Assembly: GCA_038087875.1 (NCBI GenBank) | Contig: CM075979.1 | Location: 15,996,001 to 16,060,000 of the forward strand | Source of the DNA: Malacoraja senta | Taxonomy: Eukaryota | Length of the DNA: 64,000 nucleotides | Reading direction: 5' to 3' | Part shown: positions 22,277 through 34,628 of the stretch, in pieces | Position numbering within the stretch: position 1 is the first letter of the stretch | How the letters are laid out: the number at the start of each line of letters is the position of its first letter | Notes under the pieces: model-generated | What the model was told of the DNA's origin: nothing | Seen by the model: the letters and a program-made list of their open reading frames with translations, nothing else | The model's database searches: none | Made by a program: the position numbers and the translations under genes

Positions 22277-23137
22277 GTTAGGAATGGTGTTGTAATACCA
22301 CAATAGGAATACCACATTAACAGTTTATAAAGAGAAGGGAAATGGAGGCAGCAACTTAAATAGAAGTGCAAGTGATATAATAGAAGTGCAATTCTAATAA
22401 ATTCTAATTGCACTTCAATTAAATAGAAGTGCAATTCTATAAAATTCAGCGGCACATTGCCCTGTATGTGGTTTAATAAGCAACCCATAAAATGTGCATC
22501 TTTCCATGCTTTGCATAGACGTTGTGGCAATTAGGATTGTCAGATTAATTTTGCCTTATCTCCGGAACCAGGCTGAAAAACTGTCAGTAGGATTGAATAC
22601 GAGATGGGCAGAAATATCTTCATCTTTCGTCCATGCCAACACCTCGTAATGGGATTGAGCAGAGTTTCTTAACTGGCAATCCTACTGTAATCAAAATTGA
22701 ATCGCTGTTAGACAATTATTTCCTGCCACAAATGACGGCATTCTGTTGTTTATTTTTACTCATTTCCAAATAGTTTATCAAATGCTATTATAAGCAGCCA
22801 TGCAGTTAACGGATCACTGATTAGAAAAATAGTGGCACCTTATTGTAATAAGATGCTATTTGCAATAGTAACATTTTTAACATCAGTGACCATCTCATTG
22901 ATCGTGACTGCATTGTGATTTTAGACATTTGTCATTCTTGCAAAGATTATGTAAAAATAATTTTACACTCGGTATTTTTATAATAACTGTATATATTAGC
23001 TCCGCATTGCCATCTGAAATAGTATTTGCATTACATACTGAAAACTGGAGAGGAATTTCAGATAAGTACACTATTTACTCAGTGGTATCACAATATAATT
23101 TTAATATTGTATTAAGTAGAATGCTTTAGGCCTATGT

Positions 23138-23940
23138 CCAAGATGGCGGATGTGCAGGAGTGGGCGCCGTTTGTATGGCCGCCTGCCTGCAGTCCGTCCT
23201 CTAACTCTTTTATTGTCTGAACATTTATTTTTTGGAGTCTATTCTTTTTATGTGGGAGGGGGGAACTGTTTTAACCCCAGTCCTACCTGGTCAGAGATGC
23301 GGTTTTCCTCCAAATCGCGTCTCCGGTCTCCCCATGCGGCCTTCCATCGGGCTGGAACGGCGTTTCCTGCCGGGGACCACAGCTTCGGCGGCACAGCGCT
23401 GGGACATCAGCAGGGAGCGGGCGATGCCTTGCCGGGTCGCCGCTCCGGAGTGCTGTGGCCGCCGACCACCAACATCGGGCAGCCGCAGTCTGCGGTCTGC
23501 GGTTTGAGGGCGACACCGCGGAGTCGAGGCACCGCGGAGTCGCGGCCTGAAATCCACGGGCGTCGCAGTCTCCGGGGAAGGAGCGGCCGCTCCAGACATT
23601 TCCAAGCTGCTGAGGACTTTTCCACCCGATGCGGGTGGGCAAACAACATCGGGCTGCCGTTGCGGCGACTGGCTGCAGTGGCCTGAAACTGGCCCCGACC
23701 TCGGGTGGACTAGGAGGAGGAGGAGGACTGGACATTTTGGTGCCTTCCCTCATAGTGGAGAGTGGAGATTCTACTGTGGGGGGATGTTCGTGTTTGTGTA
23801 AAATCTCTTATAGTGTGTTGTCATTTTTTCTATCTCTTTTTATTATTTGTATGGTTAGTAACTGTAAAGCACTTTGGCTTTTGATTCAAATCAATTGGAA
23901 AATGTGCTATATAAATAAACTTATTATTATTATTATTATT
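23138..23940 (+). mobile_element. Non-coding bipartite retroelement with an L2-type tail
   Basis: Starts CCAAGATGGCGG (YY1-type motif common at LINE 5' ends); GC-rich body; ends TGTAAAGCACTTTGG...GTGCTATATAAATAAAC(TTA)n. Confidence 0.75.
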
Positions 23941-24524
23941 ATGTATTGCTGTGGAATATGAAGATTAATTTACATTAAATTAAGTCACCCTAATGACAAT
24001 TTTGCAATGGTTTAGGAACTATTTTCATTGATTTAATTTGACTTCCTTTGGTTTGTTCTGTTTTACTCTAATTGGTGTATAATTAGAAAGCCCGAGGAAA
24101 GCCACTAACAAATTTCTTAAACCAGCTATTCAGAAACCTGACAGTAAATGGTCATTTGTGATTACAACATCCCTGTGTGCCTGTTGCTAAATTCCCAACC
24201 ATATTTTGTTTGCAGCTGACATGATTTCTGGTATAATGGGGTTGTATTATGAAGATATATTGTGTAGATCGGGTCTATACTCTGTGGGCTTTAGAAGTAC
24301 AAGTGCCAAACATTGAAATGTATCATTGACACTTCCCCTCACCTCCCACCACTTGTGGCCCCCATTGATTTAATCAAACTTAGAGCCTTGCAGACATAAG
24401 TAAGTTTTGGACAGTGGAAGCTGTGCTCTTGCCCGTAAACTGTCCCTAGGGTATTTTAACAGCTTGTAAATTAATTAAATCTAATTAAAAAAATATTTTT
24501 GAAAGATCTTTTTCTTTTATCCAG

Positions 24525-24584
24525 GTCGGTAAGCATATTCCAACAAATGGGATTGCAAGGAATATGCCACCTGGGAGGCCAGAA
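24525..24584 (+). CDS. Weak candidate host exon
   Basis: Strong acceptor TTTTTCTTTTATCCAG; donor GAA|GTAAAT (or TCG|GTAAGC after 4 nt); both frames from 7137-7269 stay open. Confidence 0.2.
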
Positions 24585-24700
24585 GTAAATTGCTTTCACA
24601 CCTCAGGATGTCTTGTGGACTCTTATCTGACCTTCAGTGTGTTTCTGAACTCCACACTACAATGTATAAGGATAGAAGTCAAGAATGTGCTGACCCATGA

Positions 24701-24880
24701 GTTCAGTTCAGTCCAATTTAGTTTATTGTCACATGTACCAAGGTACAGTGAAATGGTTTTGTTGCAGAAAGACGATACATAATTACAATCGAGCCAATCA
24801 CAGTGTACAGATACATGATAAGGGAATCTCGTTTAGTGCAAGATAAAGCCAGTAAAGTCCGATCAAAGATAGTCCGAGAA
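24701..24880 (-). mobile_element. LINE 3' UTR fragment (GTGACAATAAA tail)
   Basis: TTCAGTTCAG...TTTAGTTTATTGTCACATGTACC; related copy at ~38115-38225. Confidence 0.6.
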
Positions 24881-24964
24881 ATATAAGGAGAAATCAGTAG
24901 CAATTCTCTTCATAACCATCGACAAAAACTAAATATGATTCAGCCCATAAGTTGTGAGAGAACT

Positions 24965-25280
24965 TGATGGTAGACCTGATTTCTCACAGTTCCAATGATC
25001 CAGGTTCAATCCTGATCTCTGTTGCCATCTATCTAGAGCTTGAATTTTCTCTATCAGACAGTGTGGATTTTGCTCAGGTGCTTCAGTTTCGTCCTATATC
25101 TCAAATATGAGTAGCTTGGAACAGTAGGTTAAATGACCACTGTACATTTTCCGTACTATCGAGGTGAGTGTTGGCTTCTGAGGTGTAGTTGATGGGAATG
25201 TAGGATGGATAAAATGGGATTTATGTAGCATTGATGAAATGGGTGCTTGATGGTTGATGTGGATTCAGTGATTTGAAGAG
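24965..25280 (+). mobile_element. Old V-SINE
   Basis: Degenerate B box GGTTCAATCCT, V-domain and tail. Confidence 0.6.
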
Positions 25281-25713
25281 TCACATAAACCATGTTTATG
25301 TCCTTGCATTTTTATTAGTAACTGCAGCTTCATACATAAACCTAGAACTGGGTATAATTAGATTTGTTTCGTTTACACGAAAGACTGAAAAAGCTGAAAA
25401 ATGATGTTCGCTTAGAACTCTACCCCATAGTTTCCACTTCCACTTGATGAAGCCCAAAACTAATCATTTGTAGGATTTCAACTAGTAAATTTAAAAATCT
25501 AGTCTTTCATTTCATTCTGCTAGAAGGTGAATGCGATGATTCTGGGTGTTTTTTTTAAAAATCATTCAGCTGTGTTTCTGTATTTCACATCCCAGTGCAT
25601 TCACATAATAGTGTTGGAGCAAATTTGTGTTCTGTCTGTCTATCCTTCCATTAAGCATTTTAAACATTACTCCCTTGATGATGCTGAGGTAGATGGTGGC
25701 ACAATAGCGCAAA

Positions 25714-26020
25714 GGTCAGCATGGTGGTGCAGCAGTAGAGTTGCTGCCTTACAGCGCCAGGGAACCGGGTTCAATCCTGTCTGCGGCTGCTGTCTGTACG
25801 GAGTATGTATATTCTCCCTGTGCACAAATGGGTTTTCTCCAGGTGCTCAGGTTTCCTCCCACACTCCAAAGACATACAGGTTTGTATGTTATTTGACAGG
25901 TAAAATTGTAAATTTTCCCTAGTGTGTAAGATAGTGTTAGCATGCAGGTGATTGCTAGTCGGCACGGACTCAGTGGGCAGAAGGGCCTGTTTCTGCGCTG
26001 TATCTCTGAAGTCTAAAGTC
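25714..26020 (+). mobile_element. HE1-type V-SINE
   Basis: Same family. Confidence 0.88.
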
Positions 26021-26852
26021 TTGAGAGGTTTGCCATTATATAGCACTTTTCACCAACTCAGGCCATCCAAAAGTGCTTCACAGCCTAACCACTACTGTAG
26101 GACAGAAAATGTTGCAATGCTGCAAATATGCTTTCTCATAGTCAAATAAGGAGAAGGTACATTTCAGGTAAGATTCAATCCATGTGTTGGCAAACATTAA
26201 CAGTCAGGGAAGAAGCAAAAATAGTTAAACTCACCACTCCTGATTTCTTCTCGGTGTTCCCAAATGTGAAATAAGCCAATGTGGATAAGAATAAAGAAGG
26301 AACCAGCTATGATTTTGAACTTCCTTGTCATTAAATAATTTTCTCTGATGATAAACCATCACCACACAGAGAAGTGTTGGTGTTGGCTGCATCCATCAAA
26401 TCTTTGCCTATAAATGATTTACTTCTGAGGAAATCAGAAGATATGGGAACCGATGGAAAGGTCTTGACTTACTGTGGTCTAATTGACCCAGCAGTCTTGA
26501 CCTACTGTGGTCTAATTGAATGGCATATCAGACTTGAGGGGTCATGTGGCCTATTTCACATGTTCCTTTTTTCTTATCAAGATGTAATGATATTATTAAT
26601 CTTGGAATTGGATAAACTATGATTGCTTATATCTTAACAAAGACTCACGTAGTTCAAGTACCAATTCTGTTAAAGGGAGACAGAGGCCTGGGAAAAATCA
26701 TCATTTATGTTGCTGCTGCTGGAGCCAAATGCCACTATTATAAAAGTAATTTATGACCCAGTATTGATTCTCTATCTTAGAAATTCCTCAGAGTGTGCTT
26801 CATTGTTGATGAGATGTTGCACAGGAAGTGTGCAGTGTGACGCTGAGAGTTT

Positions 26853-28828
26853 CTTCTTCTTACTTCTTCTTAAGCCCTTTGCTCCTCTAGGGAGCATAGG
26901 CCATTGACAAATGTCTTCCACCTCACTCGGTTGTTGCCAGTTCTTTCGAGATCTCCCCAGTTGAGCCCACTCTCACATTTCTGTCTGGACACCTCTTCTC
27001 CAGCTGTTCCTGGGGCGACCTCTTTTCCTTTTTCCTTGGGGGTTCCATTTCAGAGCTTGCCGGATGATGTTTGTGGCAGGTTTCCTGAGGGTGTGTCCAA
27101 TCCAACTCCATTTTCTCCTTCGACTTTGTAAGTCAATGGGCTCCTGGCTTGTTCTTTTACACAGGTCCACATTGCTTACTTTGTCTCTCCACCAGATGTT
27201 AAGTATTCTCCTAAGGCAGGTGTTAATGAACGTTTGCAGCCTGTTTGTAGTGTATTTTGTTGTTTTCCATGTCTCTGATCCATACAGCATCACCTGTTTC
27301 AAATTTGTTAAAGATGCGTATTTTGGTGTTGATTGAGATGTGTTTTGAGCTCCAGATCTTCCTGAGCATGTTAAATACCTTATTGATTCTACTTTTTATG
27401 TCTGCCTCTGCCTCTCCGGTGATGTCCACAACACTGCCTAGGTATGTGAATGTTTCTACCTCCTCTAGAGCAGTGCTGTGCATAAGGATAGGGTTGCTGG
27501 TTTTGGAGTGGATCCTCATCACCTGTGTCTTTGCTGTATTGGGTGTAAGACCAAGTTTTGTTGCAGCTTGTGAGAGTCTGTCCGTCTTCTCCTGCATTTG
27601 AATCTCTGTGTGTGTGAAAGGAGAGCTATATCATCTGCAAAGTCAAGATCATCTAGCTGCTCCCACATTGTCCACTGAATTCCATTTATTTTCTCTTCAG
27701 TTTCCATCATGAACCAGTCAATTGCCAGGAAGAACAGGAATGGTGACCATAGACATCTGTGCTTGATGCCCGTCCTGACATTAAAGCTCTGAGAGAGCTG
27801 GCCTGCATGCATAACTTTGCATGAGGTTCCATCATATGAGTTCTTGATTAAGTCTATGATCTTGGTGGGAATTCCATAGTGGTCCATTAAGGGCCATAGT
27901 GTTGTCCTGTCTAAGCTGTTAAATGCTTTCTCAAAGTCGATGAAGTTGATGTACAGGGACGTGTTCCATTCAATAGACTGCTCAATGATGATGCGTAATG
28001 TTGCTATGTGGTCTGTGCATGAGCGATCTTTCCTGAATCCTTCTTGCTGGTCCCGTAGCCTCTTGTTTACACCTTCCCGAAGATGGTTGAGGATGACCCG
28101 GTTGAGAATGTTACTGGGTACAGAAAGTAGGGTGATCCCTCAGTGGTTGTCACATTTTCTTAGGTCATCTTTTTTTGGCAGTTTCACGATGTATCCCTCT
28201 GCCCATTCTGTGGGTGTCTTTTCCTCTTCCCAAATTCTCCCAAAGAAACCACAGAGCATGTCTGTTGATGTGTCTATATCTACTTTCAGGGTTTCAGGTG
28301 GAATATCGTCAGGGCCAGCAGCCTTGCCAGTTTTCTGTTGCTTCATTGCAGCCATTATTTCTGATTTTGTTGGTCTGTCACACTTAATTTGTAGTGGTAT
28401 CCTAGCTTTGGGAATGTGTGTCTGAACAGCCGGTGGTGGCCTGTTTAGGACTTCTTCGAAATGTTCTACCCATCTGTCGAGCTGCGCCTCCTGGGTTGAA
28501 AGCAGTTGACCGTTCTTGTCTGTAATTGGTTTATTACTATGCAGATATGTCCCGGACAATTTCCTTGTGATGGTATATAGCTCCCTCATGTTCCTTTGAG
28601 TCACCACAATTTCTGCCTCTTTGGCTAGCCTCTCCACCTGTGTCCTCTTGTCCGTCCTGATGTTCTTTAGCACTTCTTTGTGGCATCTGTTGTACTCCTT
28701 TTGGGTCAAACCCTTTTCAGCTCTTATTCTTGTTGTTCACTTTCTCTTTTAACTTTCTCCTCTGTTGGATTGTGTTGAGGGTTTCTGGTGTTATCCACTC
28801 TTTGTGCTTTTGGGTCCTTCTCCCTAGG
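26853..28828 (-). mobile_element. 5'-truncated RTE-clade LINE (frameshifted RT)
   Basis: GKAAGPDDIPPE, LPKKDDL, LDFADDIAL, LYGSETW, GKRKRGRPR; (AAG)n tail; 11-bp TSD GCTGAGAGTTT at 26842-26852 and 28829-28839. Confidence 0.92.
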
Positions 28829-29399
28829 GCTGAGAGTTTGCCATATTCTTTATGTTTTGCTTTATGCCCGAAGTGCACTCGTGGTCAAACAGCTGAATCT
28901 CAACCTTACACGTTCAATCACGTACAAAGGGTCTTCCCTTTTCCCCATTGTGTGGAGAGTGGATTACTGGGGAGGAGATTGCTGGGGTGGGGAGAAGATC
29001 GAGGTGGGCGCATGACGGTTGGTTTGCTTCAGTGAATAGGATTGGGGTTATTTTATGGAGATGGTCAGAGAGAAGATTGGAGTTCAAAGAGATGGTCAGG
29101 CCGGGGGTCAGAGATCAGATTGATGACCAATCGTATCAATGAAACAATCAGATGGGGATGGATGGTACGAGGTGCCAGGGCAGGTGAAAGATTTGTAGGA
29201 TGATGGTTTGAAAATTTAGAGACCAATTAAAGTGGGCTGGATAGAGGAGAGATGGTGAGGAGGTGATTATTCCACAAATGAAGACACTATGAGCTGACCA
29301 TAAGAAAGGCTGACATATATCCAAAATATCTTCACTGCCAAGTTACTGGCAGCAGCCCAGGTAGGGACCCAGCCCTTAACTAATGCTGGATTAGGTGAT

Positions 29400-30833
29400 G
29401 TTCAAGACACCTCAGACACTCTCCGTCATCTCCGCGCATTCCACTCTCTAGGCCCTCACCCCCTCATCTTCACCATGGGCGTCCAGTCACTGTACACCTC
29501 CATCCCCCACCAGGATGGTCTCAAAGCCCTCCGTTTTTTCCTCGACCGGAGAAGCAATCTATACCCGGCCACTGACACCCTCCTCCGCCTAGCGGAGCTG
29601 GTACTTACACTTAATAACTTTTCATTCGACTCCTCCCATTTCCTCCAAATACAAGGCGTAGCTATGGGCACACGCATGGGCCCCAGCTACGCCTGCCTCT
29701 TTGTCGGGTACGTAGAACAATCCCTGTTCAATGCGTACCAGGGCCCCATCCCCGACCTCTACCTCCGCTACATCGATGATTGTTTTGGTGCCACATCCTG
29801 CACCCACACACAACTGACTGACTTCATCCGCTTCACCACCAACTTCCATCCGGCACTTAAATACACCTGGACCATTTCCGACACTTCCCTACCATTCCTT
29901 GACCTCACTATCTCCATCGCAGGTGATAGACTCCTTACCGACATCCACTACAAACCTACCGACTCCCATGGCTATCTGGACTACACTTCTTCCCACCCTG
30001 CTTCCTGTAAGGACTCCATCCCCCACTCCCAATTCCTCCGTCTACGCCGCATCTGCTCCCAGGATGAGGCGTTCCACACCAGGGCATCTGAAATGTCCTC
30101 ATTCTTCAGGGAACGGGGGTTCCCCTCCTCCACCATAGATGAGGCTCGCACCAGGGTCTCTGCCATACCCCGCAACACTGCTCTCTCTCCCCATCCCCCC
30201 ACTCACAACAAAGGCAGAGTCCCCCTAGTCCTCACCTTTCACCCCACCAGCCGTCACATACAACAAGTGATCCTCCGTCAGTTTCGCCACCTCCAACGTG
30301 ACCCCACCACTCGCCACATCTTCCCATCTCCCCCTATGTCTGCCTTCCGCAAAGACCGCTCCCTCCGTAACTCCCTTGTCAATTCTTCCCTTCCCTCCCA
30401 TACCACCCCCTCCCCTGGTACTTTCCCTTGCAACCGCAAGAGATGCAACACTTGTCCCTTCACTTCCCCCCTCCACTCCATTCCAGGACCCAAGCAGTCG
30501 TTCCAGGTGCGACAGAGGTTCACCTGCATCTCCTCCAACCTCATCTATTGCATTCGCTGCTCTAGATGCCAGCTGATCTACATCGGTGAGACCAAGCGGA
30601 GGCTTGGCGATCGTTTCGCCGAACACCTCCGGTCGGTCCGCAATAACCAACCTGAACTCCCGGTGGCTCAGCACTTCAACTCCCCCTCCCATTCCGTATC
30701 TGACCTCTCTGTCCTGGGTCTCCTCCATGGCCACAGCGAGCAACACCGTAAATTGGAGGAAATGCACCTCATATTCCGCTTGGGCAGTCTACACCCTGGT
30801 GGCCTGAACGTTGAATTCTCCCAATTCTGCTAG
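29400..30833 (+). CDS. Penelope RT + GIY-YIG endonuclease (open frame, N-terminally truncated)
   Basis: GVAMG, YLRYIDD, Cys linker CNRKRCNTC, NLIYCIRCSRC..YIGETKR, RFAEH, GLN; the frame is open from 29400. Confidence 0.9.
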   Translation, partial: VQDTSDTLRHLRAFHSLGPHPLIFTMGVQSLYTSIPHQDGLKALRFFLDRRSNLYPATDTLLRLAELVLTLNNFSFDSSHFLQIQGVAMGTRMGPSYACLFVGYVEQSLFNAYQGPIPDLYLRYIDDCFGATSCTHTQLTDFIRFTTNFHPALKYTWTISDTSLPFLDLTISIAGDRLLTDIHYKPTDSHGYLDYTSSHPASCKDSIPHSQFLRLRRICSQDEAFHTRASEMSSFFRERGFPSSTIDEARTRVSAIPRNTALSPHPPTHNKGRVPLVLTFHPTSRHIQQVILRQFRHLQRDPTTRHIFPSPPMSAFRKDRSLRNSLVNSSLPSHTTPSPGTFPCNRKRCNTCPFTSPLHSIPGPKQSFQVRQRFTCISSNLIYCIRCSRCQLIYIGETKRRLGDRFAEHLRSVRNNQPELPVAQHFNSPSHSVSDLSVLGLLHGHSEQHRKLEEMHLIFRLGSLHPGGLNVEFSQFC

Positions 30834-31042
30834 CCCTGGCTGTCCCCTCCCCTTCATCAGCCATCTGGTTGTCTCCTCCCCTCCCCCAACCCTCGGGCTC
30901 CTCCTCCTCCTTTTCCTTTTTTCCTTTCTTCTCCCCACCCCCTATCAGTCTGGGGAAGGGTTTCGGCCCGAAACGTTACCTATTTCCTTCGCTCCATAGA
31001 TGCTGCTGCACCCGCTGAGTTTCTCCAGCATTTTTGTGTACC
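29400..31042 (+). mobile_element. Penelope-like element (Neptune-type), 5'-truncated
   Basis: 14-bp TSD CTGGATTAGGTGAT at 29386-29399 and 31043-31056; 3' UTR has a hammerhead-like core at 30950-30977. Confidence 0.93.
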
Positions 31043-31269
31043 CTGGATTAGGTGATACTGCCTGATTAACGTTTACTGCCTTGTTCAAGAAGTGTGCTAT
31101 TGTTCAATCACAAGTGTAGATTGAAAAAGGATTCGTACACTACCCAGCATTTCAGTCGCATTACCTGAAGGCCAAGACAAATGGAACTGCATTGTGCACA
31201 TGTGGCTTCAGTGTAATATTTCATCCGAAAGATGGCACAGGAAAAGAATCTCTCAATACTCTGTCAATG

Positions 31270-32030
31270 TGGAATTCAAAGGCATCTATATGTTCTGGTG
31301 CATGAATCACAAAAAGTTGTCTTATCAAGAAAGGCTAAACAATTAAGGTCTGTATTACCAGTGGTTTGGAAGAATGAAGGGCAATATTATTCACTTAAGA
31401 CTCTCGGAGAGCTTGACGGGGTAGATATTCATAAATGAGAGAGTCACAAACTAAGGGGCGTAGATGCACATAATCGGCCGGTCATAAAAATCTACGGTGT
31501 GTTGACTTATTTTCCTCAGAACCTATTGAAACTCTAACATTTTCTATCCCCTCAAATAGATGGGGATCAAATCAATGGAGATATTTAAGGTGGAGATGGA
31601 TAAATATTTGAAAGATTGGGATTTATGCGGAAATGGCACGCGAGGAGTTGAGGCCAGTATGGATCAGCCATGATCTTAGTTAATGGTGGGATGAGCTTAA
31701 AGGGTCCTAGTTGCCTGCTGCTGTTCGTAGAACATACAACATAGGAACAGGACCTTCGGTCCACAACGTCCGTGTTAAATGAAACTAATCTTCTCTGTAT
31801 GCATATGATCCATATCTCTCCCTTCCTTGCCTATCCATGTACCAATCTAAGAGCTTCTTAAATGCCACAATCTTATATGCCTCCTCCCTGGTAGCATGAA
31901 CCAGGCACCACGAAACAGGCACCATAACTCTGTGTAAAACAACTTGTCTGGGCATCTCTTTTAAACTTTGCTCCTCTCACCTCAAAGTTATGCCCTCTGG
32001 TCTTTGACATTTCCATCCAGAGAAAAAGGT
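31270..32030. mobile_element. Old CR1 3' fragments (plus ~31270-31720, minus ~31730-32030)
   Basis: GATCAGCCATGATCT...AATGGTGG tail; CATAGGAACAGGACCTTCGG reverse tail. Confidence 0.6.
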
Positions 32031-32914
32031 ACTGTTCTTATTTATTGTGTTCTTTGTCGGTTTGAGCCTGGAAGCTCAAATGTTGCTGAATGGTTGAATG
32101 GAGTCGATCTGTAGGGAAATTCATAATGGTGAAAAGCTTAGAGAAAACACGGAAATTTAGAATAGGAAACTAATATGTTCCATATTATTTAGTCATGTTT
32201 GTAATCCATAGCAAGGGATATCTTAAAGGACTGAGTCGTACTGTAGTCAAGATTTGATTGGTCATCCAGGGATAGTTTGAAGGATTTTTCATAGTATTCT
32301 TTAAGATCTCTGAATAGTCAGGAACTGGGGAATAGTTAATGGTATACTGCTCTATAAATATGAATGAAGTGTTTTTGAAGAAAATACCTCGGGAAAGGTC
32401 AATCAGAATAAGCATAGTAGCAACTCCAGTATGAAAGAGGACCTCTGTAGACAACAGGCACTGAGGCGACATGATATCCTTTGTCCCAAAACACATTTAA
32501 TTGTTCAATACTTGAAATCTGGTTGTCAATATTTCATATACTTAATTTGGTAGCTATGTTATGTAAATGGCAGATAAAAAATTAGTGTGAGGAGGAGGGG
32601 TTGATTGTTATAAAATGGTAATATTTCTGACTAGCTTTAAAAATACCCCACTGAAGGTTTATTCATGCAGAATAAGGTTTTTCTTTGCTTTAATCTTTAA
32701 CTGGGGTTAATGGGCCAGAACACGTTGCCATCAATGAACTATTTGCACTTGCAGCTGACAAGTAAGAATAGATGCCCTTTTTATTGAACCACCAGGTTTC
32801 AGTGTGGTGGGCCCCAAATGCCAAGGTTCTTTGCAGTGGCATGAAGTAATGCATAATAATGCCAGCTCCAGGGAGAGCTTGAAGAATCACCAGCAAAGAA
32901 CTGGCTTATGAAAT

Positions 32915-33005
32915 GGACACAAAAAGCTGGAGTAACTCAGCAGGTCAGACAGCATCTCTGGAGAAACGGAATAGGTGACGTTTCAGGTTGAGACCCTTCT
33001 TCAGA
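32915..33005 (-). mobile_element. Penelope-derived short element with hammerhead core
   Basis: Minus strand CTGAAGAAGGGTCTCAACCTGAAACGTC at 32977-33004. Confidence 0.85.
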
Positions 33006-34628
33006 GGAAATAGAGAGCTGGCTCAGTTAGAGCTTAAATTTGTCTACTCACAAAAACGGCAAGCACCGGGAATGTTTCTGACGTGCCTGGCATCCAGAAG
33101 TATTAACTTATTAAAAGGCAATTAACATTTTAAATGTATTGTAAAGAAATAGACAAATTAAATTAATTCAAACATTTCGAATGACATATTAATAATTAAA
33201 ACCATTAAAGCAAGTAAGCACAAAATCTACAGCAGTTACAATTGTTTTACAAATGTTCCTCTGTTTAAATAAATGCAGTCACGACTGGAGCACACTGAGG
33301 TAATTGTGGTGAAGCTCAGCTAGTAAACCGAGGACATTCACCATACCATTAGGGTCCAGAAGAGGTTTTGAATTGACACAACATGGATGAATCACAACAT
33401 TTCAACCCAATTCCAGTCCAGTATCTATTGATATGATACAACAGTTATAAAACATAATACAGAACACTTTCATATGCCTCTCCACCTTGCACAAAGTAAA
33501 ATTCACACAGGTGTAAGAAGTTATTTATTCCAGTTTTAAAGTTGCATTCCATCCATTCTCTTCCCTTTCTGGATCTGGTAACACTGCCAACATGTATTTA
33601 TTACTTGTCCTTGGCTGGCCTGAGAAGTTGAGAGTAAAGTTTCTCTTCATCTGTCGATGAATGAAAATATGTGTTATTTTCAGCTACATCAAATTTCATC
33701 AATCACTCAAAAACTTTGCAGAACCTTGACATAAGTTGCTTTACCCAATTAGTTGGGTGCAACAATATATTGTCATTTTTTGTGCATTTTGAATAAGCAA
33801 TTCTCATAGTACACAATGGGGTGAAGAATGATTTGCACAATTTGTGCTACGTGTCAATTTATGAATTGTTTGTGATGTGAGTTCATCAGATAATGTTAGT
33901 AAGGGGATGTTCCACCTATCATTTTTTAAAATTATAATACCAAATACATAGAACGGAACAATCCAGGAACAGGCCCTTTGGCCTGCATTGCCTATGTGGA
34001 ACAAGATGCCAAGTTTCCTGTAATGGGATGCCCAGACTGCACACAATGCACAAAACACAATACACATACTCCATTGATCCTGTGACATTGCCGCATGACT
34101 TCCTGAATCTTATACTCAAAGCCCTGACCAATGAAAGCAAGCATGCCATATGCTTCTTTACCATTCTTTCTACTTGTTTAGTTGAGAGCTACAGGTTGAA
34201 AACAGGCCATTTGCCCCACTGAGTCCATACCGACCATCTGTTCATACTAGTTGTATGTTATCCTACTTTCTCATCCACCCCATAAACATTAAGGGCATTT
34301 ACAGAGGCCAATTAACCATCAAACCCACAAGTCTTTGGAATATGGGAGAACACAAGAGCACACAGAGGAAGCCAGCACCATAATGGGGAAAACATGTTAA
34401 CTCCATATGCTTGTTTTACCTCTTTCAGTGATCTATAGGCTTGGACATCAATCCTGTTAAGTGTCTTGCCATTAACTGTATACTTCCCTTAAACCTCCCA
34501 AAGTCCAACACCCATATTAGTTTGGATTAAATTATGAGCAAGTTTTTAATATTGATGAATGTCATGTATTTATGAATGGCCAACACTCCAAATGACGAGC
34601 GAGAAGTGTGATTCCAAGCTCTCTATTC

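Noticed and set aside
23150-23753. GC-rich ORFs or CpG-island promoters (also 34657-35400, 49805-50388, 58379-59082, 60431-61034)
   Set aside because: All lie within repeats with tails or TIRs; stop-codon depletion is explained by GC content
28860-29260. Possible minus-strand Penelope UTR remnant
   Set aside because: Only purine-rich composition supports it; no diagnostic motif
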